A DNA stretch of 64,000 nt from Patescibacteria group bacterium (lineage in GTDB: Bacteria; Patescibacteriota; Dojkabacteria; GCA-002793355), in the NCBI GenBank assembly GCA_016860985.1, contig BOKM01000001.1, forward strand, positions 856,040 to 920,039, read 5' to 3'. Each line of letters opens with the position of its first letter. The stretch's first letter is position 1. The position numbers and the translations under genes are program-made. Shown here in pieces: positions 57,705 through 64,000 of the stretch. The notes under the pieces were generated by a model, which ran no database searches, was not told the DNA's origin, and saw only the letters and a program-made list of their open reading frames with translations.

Positions 57705-57722
57705 GCCTCATGGTAGCATTTT

Positions 57723-59600
57723 TTACCAAGAACCGCCACCGCCACCGCCGCTTCCTCCTCCGCTGAACCCGCCGCCGCCACTAAACGAAGAACCACTTGA
57801 ACGAGGTGGTGTTGAAATTTTAGTCATAGAAGATGCAACGTTGTTTGCAAGTGATGCGTAGGTTCTTGGAAGTGCATGTGTAAGGGGAACATCGCTTGTC
57901 ATCCAGGTTGGAGAGTAGTTAAGTTGTTCAAGTACTGGACCAAAGGCAGAAGACCATTTCTTATCTAGTCCAAAAATAATGGCAAAAGGTAATAGTTCTT
58001 CAAAATGAGCAATCATTTTTTGTGGATCGTTAAAGAATTCTAGTCGTCTTAATTCTGCGGTCTTAATGTATTTTTTTAACCCGAGAAGTTCACGAGTTAT
58101 AACCTCTCCTTCTTTCGTACGTTTGAGCATACGAGCACCAAATATAAAAAACATTGCAGCACTTATGCCGAGCGCAAATGGGAGGATAAACGGAGTGACA
58201 CCTTCGGTAGTTCCCTCCCCTATCATTGCGAGTAGAATCACTGCGCCAGCAGCGCAAAAGCCCCCAAGAACGTAAAACTTTTTTTGCAGACCTTCGGACT
58301 GGTCTGTTGTATAAGGGAGCTGTTCAAATTCTTTGCCGGCATCTGAATTAATTCGTTGAATAGCGGTATCAACATTTTTAAGGGTATGAATTGCTGATTC
58401 AGCACTGTAATTTCTTGTGAGTACTTCTATCATTTCTTTTAGCGAAGAAGGTGCTTTGTCGAGATATTCCTCTAATTTCGGTCGTTGTGAGTCAGAGATT
58501 TTTAACGTGACTTTTCCTTTTGTAAAGTCGATAGTAAGAAGGTTTTGTTCCGCAATTTTAATGAGTTCGGCGAGTGTTGCCAGGGGCTTTTTATTCATCG
58601 ATAGCAACGAGCTATATGCACTCAAACTGCCATTTTTCAATTCGTCAGAAACAATGAATTGTGGTGGGATGGCAGATAAAGGAAGATCTTTTCCGTGTTT
58701 CTTCCATGTGAAATACCCATATATTCCGACAAATACAGGAATGAGTAGTGATACATATGGAAGTATTGCCAAAATTTTCTCAAGTAACTGTTCTGAAGCG
58801 CTAGGGGGAGAGAACGAATTGTCGGGGAATTTTAATGCTATCGTTAGCCCTTGCGCTAACGAAGAACTCGGCACCGTTGTGGAAAAATAGGTATCACTCG
58901 CTCTGGATGAAATTTGACACTGTGTTTCGGTTGATCCTGATACCCCTGTATAGCACCGACTTTCTGTTGGTTGATGTGGTGAAGTAATGCGCGCGGTCGC
59001 TGCAATTATAGGTATTTCCCATTGATCTCCTGTGATATTGAGGTATAACTCTTGGTAACCATCTTGGAACCTAACCGAATGCTTCATTTCATACGTAATA
59101 GTAAATTCGTATGCTCCTTGAATGAGTGTGTCAGCTTCACCAATCTTCAGTACAGTATAGTTACCTTTTGATTTACTTGAACTGTAAGCACTTGTGGTAG
59201 TTCCTTGTAAATCGCCAATCTGGCTAGGAAGTTTTTTGTAGTTGACCGAATCAATGGTTATTGGCTGTTTTAGTTTTTTGCCGCTATCAAGAATAACTTC
59301 ATTTGGAATCCATCGATAAATACCGTGTCTTTCGTTAGGAAAATATACAATAATTTTTTCTGTAATGGTTGCGGTGCCGTTTTGCGCAAGCTCTACTACT
59401 GAATCAAAATTAGTAATTATGCCGTCAGCGTATCTTTGTGGCGCACCGGTATCACTTACTGATTTTTTTACAGATTCTTGGGTATGTGTTTGCCCCGCGG
59501 TTGCAGCATCTACGGTTGGGAGTGCTGCGAAACTCGTACCAATAATAACAACCAAAAGCGTAATCGCAAAAAAGTAACGAGGTATCTTATCGAAACCCAT
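57723..59600 (-). CDS. DUF2207 domain membrane protein
   Basis: ITEKI..F..ERHGIYR.IP, LY.NITGDQW, GLTI, FEELLPFAIIFG, C-terminal GGGFSGGGSGGGGGGSW. Confidence 0.9.
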   Translation of the reverse strand: MGFDKIPRYFFAITLLVVIIGTSFAALPTVDAATAGQTHTQESVKKSVSDTGAPQRYADGIITNFDSVVELAQNGTATITEKIIVYFPNERHGIYRWIPNEVILDSGKKLKQPITIDSVNYKKLPSQIGDLQGTTTSAYSSSKSKGNYTVLKIGEADTLIQGAYEFTITYEMKHSVRFQDGYQELYLNITGDQWEIPIIAATARITSPHQPTESRCYTGVSGSTETQCQISSRASDTYFSTTVPSSSLAQGLTIALKFPDNSFSPPSASEQLLEKILAILPYVSLLIPVFVGIYGYFTWKKHGKDLPLSAIPPQFIVSDELKNGSLSAYSSLLSMNKKPLATLAELIKIAEQNLLTIDFTKGKVTLKISDSQRPKLEEYLDKAPSSLKEMIEVLTRNYSAESAIHTLKNVDTAIQRINSDAGKEFEQLPYTTDQSEGLQKKFYVLGGFCAAGAVILLAMIGEGTTEGVTPFILPFALGISAAMFFIFGARMLKRTKEGEVITRELLGLKKYIKTAELRRLEFFNDPQKMIAHFEELLPFAIIFGLDKKWSSAFGPVLEQLNYSPTWMTSDVPLTHALPRTYASLANNVASSMTKISTPPRSSGSSFSGGGGFSGGGSGGGGGGSW

Positions 59601-59605
59601 TATTG

Positions 59606-60169
59606 TTAGAACTCAACTTTAACTGGTTCCTTTTCTTCGTCAGCTGCAGCAAAGAATTCTGCGGGCGTGAATTTCATAAGGTTGGCAAGCAGAACATTTG
59701 GGAAAACCTGAATCTTTGTGTTGTATTCACCAACAGTTGCATTATAGTAACGTCGTGATTTCTGTATTTCTGTTTCCAGGTCGGATAATTGATTCTGAAG
59801 TTGCAAGAACGAGGCATCAGCCTTTAGGTTAGGGTAATTTTCTGCAACAGCAAAGAGAGATTTAAGCGTAGAGGTCATTTCGTTGTTTAACGCTGAAAGT
59901 TCTGCCATGCTCCCACCTGATGCCTGCATTTTTGTTCTGAGTTCGGTAACTTTGGTAAATACTCCCTCTTCATGTTTTGCGTAACCTTTTACTGTGTTGA
60001 CCAAGTTAGGCACCATATCAAAGCGCTTTTTCAAGAGAGTCTCAATATCTGCAGAGGCCTCTTTTACTAACATTCTTTGTTGAACAAGAACGTTGTAAAG
60101 ACTAATAGCAAAAAATACAATTGCAACTGCGATCGCTGCAACTCCAAATAAAACTGAACCAAGCATCAT
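59606..60169 (-). CDS. lemA: LemA family protein
   Basis: YNVLV, IETLLKKRFDMVPNLV.TVKGYAKHE, AVAENYPNLKA, RRYYN..V..YN..IQ.FP. Confidence 0.96.
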   Translation of the reverse strand: MMLGSVLFGVAAIAVAIVFFAISLYNVLVQQRMLVKEASADIETLLKKRFDMVPNLVNTVKGYAKHEEGVFTKVTELRTKMQASGGSMAELSALNNEMTSTLKSLFAVAENYPNLKADASFLQLQNQLSDLETEIQKSRRYYNATVGEYNTKIQVFPNVLLANLMKFTPAEFFAAADEEKEPVKVEF

Positions 60170-60217
60170 ACAAAAAATAACCTTAGTTATTGATTATCGT
60201 TGCTTCTGACAAGATTG

Positions 60218-62872
60218 TCAATTCGAAGGGATAAGCGTGTCGAAATCGATATCTTGCGGATTTTTTCCAGTTGCTTGTTGAGACTGCAAGATATTCTTCG
60301 CAAGTGCCGTTTCTAGTGAATCTTGTAGTACTCTTCGTAGTGGTCTGGCTCCCATTCCTGGAGAATACCCGTGCGAGACAATATAGGCGATGGTCTTATT
60401 CGTGTAGGTTGACCTGATTCCCTGCTCTGCGAGCTTACTTACCAACTCGTTTACCATAAGCACCGCAATTTGCTGAAGATGTTCAAGTGAAAGTGCACCA
60501 AACACTACTACTTTATCAAATCGATTGATAAGTTCGACTTTAAGATATGTAGGGAGCAAATCAAGGACCTGCAATTTTGCTTCTTCAAACTTATCTGGCG
60601 GTGTTTTAAGAAGTAAATCGCTACCGATGTTACTTGTTGCAATTATGATCGCATTATTAAAATATAAGGTTTCGTCTTCGGGCGTTACTACGATTCCCTC
60701 GTCAAACAAGCGCATGAAGATGTCGTGAATTGCGGGAGTTGTTTTTTCGAACTCGTCAAGCAACAGGAGTGTATAAGGTCTGACCGTTACCTTTTTTAGT
60801 TGATTGATAATGGTTGGAATGTCGTCGTCCCTTTTGTACTGAGAAAGATCAATACGAATGAGCGAAAAATCGCTGCCAAAATATTCTTTTGCGGTAATTT
60901 TTGCTAATTCAGTTTTTCCTACACCTGAAGGACCGAGAAACAGGAATACTCCGAATGGGTGGCCAGTATTTCGAATGTTGGTTTTTGCTCGTTGTAACGA
61001 ATCTACTATTGCAAGTACGGCATCATGTTGGTTTACATATTTTTGATGAATTCTTTTTTCAAGGGTGAGCAATTTCTCTGCTTCTTCTGGTGATGCTTGC
61101 GCAACTGGAATATCTGATAACGTTTGAATGACTTGAGTAACAAGCTCTCTCGTCAACTTTCGCTCTTTTGTATTTGCAGCCTGAGCTGCTGCTTGTTCTA
61201 ATAATTCCACTGCTTTTTTGGGGAAGCGTTTGTTAGGTTGATAGGTCGCGGTCAGTGTAATGACCTCCTTTAGTGCAGGTATACTAATCGAGATTTTGTG
61301 CATTTTTTCTAGTTGGTCAATCTTGGTCGTTAGAATGGTGAACGTGTCTTCTTCGGAGACTTGGTCAACACGGACCTCTTTGAATGCATCGATGAGTGTT
61401 GGGTACCTTTCTTTAAGTTTTGTATATTGGGCAAAGGTCATGGTTCCCACAATTGGAACAGGACTTTCCAATAAAAGTGGCATTAGATATGATATTGCCG
61501 TCCCCTCGCCTACCCCCGTCGAAAGCAGAACTTCCAAATCATCAAAATATAAAATGGTGCCAACCTGTTTTCTGAGTTCCTCTGATAATTTTTGAACAAG
61601 CTCCGGAAGTCCACCCTGACCTGCCGATGCCAACGAAAGGAACTTGTTAATATCAACAGTTTTAATCGTGAGATTCTTTAATGCTGGTGGAATATCTCCT
61701 TCGAGGATTCTTTGTGCAAGACCGTATATTATACTGCTCTTTCCAACACCCGGATCGCCTACGAGAACTGCATTGGCGTCGTATTCCTTCTGTAAAATAC
61801 CGATGAGGTTGTTAATCTCTTTTGTATGACCGACTCCATAAATACCTCCTCTATTGTTGACCTGCTCGAGAACATTCGTTGAGATTTTATCGAGATAAAA
61901 AGTGTATCCTTTTACCCAGCCATCGGCCACGCCCCCTTTCGCATAGTACGGTTGTGAAATGTCGAAGGCGTTTGTTCTTGCTTGGTACTGTTCATTGATG
62001 ATGTACCACTCGATTGTTTTAACAAATGTCATAAAATCTACTTTCTGTTCTTGGAGTACCTCTTTAAGCACTGGAAAAATCGCAAAAAGTGCAAGCAGTA
62101 GGTGCTCAGGATATACCCGTTTACTTTTGGTCAGTATCGCCTGCTCAGTTGCATACAGTACAAAAGACTGTACCGCAGTGTAATCGTATTGTGGCGCACT
62201 CTCTGGTGTCAGCTGTACGGCACTCAATCTTTTTTGCGCTTCGGGAATATCGAGGCGGGTCAGTACCCGAATCACGTGCTCATGAGAAAGGATTGTTTTT
62301 AGAAGTTTGGCTGTATCTAGGATAGTCCCTTGTTTTGTTGTAGTAAGTGCATTCACTATTAAGTCAAAGGTAACTGGGTGAAAGTAATCCAGCGGCTGCT
62401 GGATAAGATATTGTTGAAACTGAACGCCCTGATTTTCTAGTGAACTTTTTAAAAAGTCATCAATCTTTGGGTAGGTGACTAACAGTTTGTGCGCATCAAA
62501 ATTTGTTGCAACTTCATGCCACAAAATTAAAAGTGCGAGTGCTGCGAGAAAGATTATCTCTTTGATTAGTACTAGCAGCGAGTGTGGTAATGTCGTACTG
62601 CTTAACGCAAGTGTTTGCATTACATAGATAATCGAGAGAGGAATGGCTGCAATAAGTAGCGAAGTCGATACTACTCGTTTTATCTTTCTGAACGCAATCA
62701 TCGCCTTATAGCTTTTGAGACGCTCGGTTAGTTCTTGTAAAGATAGAAAGAATAGGTCAAACTGGGTAATCAAAAAGGGCTCGTATTGAGAATCAATAAT
62801 TACTGCATGGTTATCATACAATTGGGATTTATCTTGCAACTTGTCGTGAAAGGCAGTAATAACGTTACTCAT
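60218..62872 (-). CDS. Membrane-anchored ClpA/B-like double AAA+ ATPase
   Basis: Two N-terminal TM helices; ClpN-like PEHLLLAL; GDPGVGKS, RFPKKAVELL, GPSGVGKTELAK, LLLDEFEK, TSNIG, ELINRFD, GARPLRR. Confidence 0.9.
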   Translation of the reverse strand: MSNVITAFHDKLQDKSQLYDNHAVIIDSQYEPFLITQFDLFFLSLQELTERLKSYKAMIAFRKIKRVVSTSLLIAAIPLSIIYVMQTLALSSTTLPHSLLVLIKEIIFLAALALLILWHEVATNFDAHKLLVTYPKIDDFLKSSLENQGVQFQQYLIQQPLDYFHPVTFDLIVNALTTTKQGTILDTAKLLKTILSHEHVIRVLTRLDIPEAQKRLSAVQLTPESAPQYDYTAVQSFVLYATEQAILTKSKRVYPEHLLLALFAIFPVLKEVLQEQKVDFMTFVKTIEWYIINEQYQARTNAFDISQPYYAKGGVADGWVKGYTFYLDKISTNVLEQVNNRGGIYGVGHTKEINNLIGILQKEYDANAVLVGDPGVGKSSIIYGLAQRILEGDIPPALKNLTIKTVDINKFLSLASAGQGGLPELVQKLSEELRKQVGTILYFDDLEVLLSTGVGEGTAISYLMPLLLESPVPIVGTMTFAQYTKLKERYPTLIDAFKEVRVDQVSEEDTFTILTTKIDQLEKMHKISISIPALKEVITLTATYQPNKRFPKKAVELLEQAAAQAANTKERKLTRELVTQVIQTLSDIPVAQASPEEAEKLLTLEKRIHQKYVNQHDAVLAIVDSLQRAKTNIRNTGHPFGVFLFLGPSGVGKTELAKITAKEYFGSDFSLIRIDLSQYKRDDDIPTIINQLKKVTVRPYTLLLLDEFEKTTPAIHDIFMRLFDEGIVVTPEDETLYFNNAIIIATSNIGSDLLLKTPPDKFEEAKLQVLDLLPTYLKVELINRFDKVVVFGALSLEHLQQIAVLMVNELVSKLAEQGIRSTYTNKTIAYIVSHGYSPGMGARPLRRVLQDSLETALAKNILQSQQATGKNPQDIDFDTLIPSN

Positions 62873-63249
62873 GCTGCAAGGAATGGATTTATGATGATAA
62901 GACCAATTACCACGGGCAGCACTGCAAGCTGTAGAAGGAGTAGCGCAAAGAATAGTCCTAATATGAGAATAAACAATGATCCACTAAGTGGAAGGTAGAT
63001 TGTTTTAATAACCATGCCAACAAGCCATCCTGCAATGTTGTAGTCATTTTTCCAAGGTCTAAAGTATCCGCGAAGAATAACGCCGAAAGATGTTGTATCG
63101 TTAAATACTTGAAATACTCTACGTAGGAGAGCGAATAATGCGAGAGGAATATCTCCATACCACCAACCAAAAAAGGAGCGGACAAAATCAATGGAACTTG
63201 AAAAAATTTGTAAGGTTGTCGGTTTATGCAGGCGCAGGTCTTGAATCAT
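62869..63249 (-). CDS. Small membrane protein coupled to the Clp-like ATPase
   Basis: FGWWYG..F.PWK motif with hydrophobic C-terminus; ATGA overlap with the ATPase start. Confidence 0.75.
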   Translation of the reverse strand: MIQDLRLHKPTTLQIFSSSIDFVRSFFGWWYGDIPLALFALLRRVFQVFNDTTSFGVILRGYFRPWKNDYNIAGWLVGMVIKTIYLPLSGSLFILILGLFFALLLLQLAVLPVVIGLIIINPFLAA

Positions 63250-63847
63250 GGGCAGTCTCCTCAGATACAATATACTCTGTTTGAGCTAAAAATGCTACTC
63301 GATTTAGCCCATAGTCTCGACGTTCTGCTTCTGTTAGGCCGACTGGAATAGGGAGTGTCATTTTTCTTGGATATTTCACAATTATTATAGATCGGGGGCG
63401 CAGGAGTGCTTTTGCTCGGTCCACGAGTTCGAGCATATAATCGCTATATTCATCGGGGCGCATTGCTCGTAAGACAGTAAATGGAGGGTCAATGAATATT
63501 ATGTCAAAGGTTCTTTTTCGTTTTATGGATTTAACCAGAAAATCTATAGCATCTGATTGATAAACTACGCCATTCTCTTTTATGCCAAGTGCAACCAAAT
63601 TGTATTTGATTATTTCTGTCGATTTCGAAGAAATATCGACGAAAATAACTTTCCGTGCTCCACGAGAAAGTGCTTCAATTCCAAAGGCCCCAGTTCCAGC
63701 ATAAAGATCAAGCACCGACGCCCCCTGAATAAAATCCGCCAAAAAATCGAAAATGCTTAAGCGTAAAAGCCTTTGAGTTGGTCGGACGTCTTTTTTAGGA
63801 ACTGCGAGCTTTGCTCTTTTGTATGTTCCTGATGCTATGTAAGCCAT
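63224..63847 (-). CDS. rsmD: 16S rRNA (guanine966-N2)-methyltransferase
   Basis: IASGTYK, VRPT, VLDLYAGTGAFGIEALSRGA, DIIFIDPPF, YG. Confidence 0.93.
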   Translation of the reverse strand: MAYIASGTYKRAKLAVPKKDVRPTQRLLRLSIFDFLADFIQGASVLDLYAGTGAFGIEALSRGARKVIFVDISSKSTEIIKYNLVALGIKENGVVYQSDAIDFLVKSIKRKRTFDIIFIDPPFTVLRAMRPDEYSDYMLELVDRAKALLRPRSIIIVKYPRKMTLPIPVGLTEAERRDYGLNRVAFLAQTEYIVSEETAHDSRPAPA

Positions 63848-63999
63848 ATAAGTATAAAGGTTCCAAGAATTATGCGGTAAAAGCCAGAGAGTTTCATTAC
63901 TGTTAGCGTATGCTTTGAGGTAAATAGCTTCATGAATAGAATACCCAGTCCAAGAGAAAGAAGCATTCCACTTACAAGTACAAAAGGAGGGAGCATCGT
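63835..63999 (-). CDS. uppP: C-terminus of undecaprenyl-diphosphatase (partial; enters from the right edge)
   Basis: Hand translation ..SGMLLSLGLGILFMKLF..SGFYRIILGTFILIWLT*; the YRIxLG end is typical of BacA/UppP. Confidence 0.65.
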   Translation of the reverse strand, partial: TMLPPFVLVSGMLLSLGLGILFMKLFTSKHTLTVMKLSGFYRIILGTFILIWLT

Positions 64000-64000
64000 T

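Noticed and set aside
57725..57800. GC-rich (CCG/CCA)n stretch
   Set aside because: It encodes the Gly-rich C-terminal tail of DUF2207
449..63760. Many 60-240 aa ORFs overlapping real genes (e.g. 449-643, 2554-3147, 26951-27493, 39194-39898, 53157-53885)
   Set aside because: Antisense or off-frame shadows of well-supported genes, with no motifs or promoters
1..64000. Genome-wide stop-codon reassignment (TGA=Gly as in code 25, or TAA/TAG=Gln)
   Set aside because: Conserved genes end at their expected C-termini with TAA (miaA, gyrB, eno) and TAG (serS, ppa, pilC), TGA ends others (valS, FkbM, pilD), and long ORFs are intact under code 11
1..64000. CRISPR array, IS element, prophage, rRNA
   Set aside because: No spaced repeats, transposase, phage genes or rRNA-like sequence seen; nearly all sequence is accounted for by CDS

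Overview
Gene-dense, AT-leaning chromosomal segment read with standard code 11 (TAA, TAG and TGA all end genes). The gene content points to a Patescibacteria/CPR bacterium; this is inference from leaderless promoters, two type IV pilus loci, a C1:G72 tRNA-Tyr, an archaeal-like UMP kinase, a membrane-anchored Clp ATPase and no biosynthetic operons. Housekeeping genes: glyQ, miaA, serS, ppa, hisS, eno, gyrB, pyk, rsmI, pyrH, folD, a Mur ligase, holB, valS, rsmD and a partial uppP. Envelope-glycan genes: O-antigen-ligase-like protein, LCP, GT4, wzm/wzt, FkbM methyltransferase, sulfotransferase and manC. Also present are a sensor kinase with two stand-alone receivers flanking a pilus operon, a second pilus locus and a LemA/DUF2207/Clp module. 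No CRISPR, transposase, integrase, prophage or reverse transcriptase was seen. Most notable: (1) two otherwise intact genes each carry one in-frame stop (TAG in a 1070-codon modular surface protein, TAA in pyrH); (2) the 3' end of that surface gene switches codon style, as a shared recombining cassette would; (3) an archaeal/eukaryotic-type tRNA-Tyr; (4) about 16 transcription units have a -10 box 5-6 nt before the start codon, which also reveals an unlisted 47-aa membrane peptide; (5) a membrane-bound Clp ATPase lacks both pore loops and the ClpP-docking loop; (6) a small gene carries a C9 tract, an SD site and a strand-specific 3' RNA hairpin; (7) most prepilins have Ala at -1, alongside a GAAD-variant prepilin peptidase.
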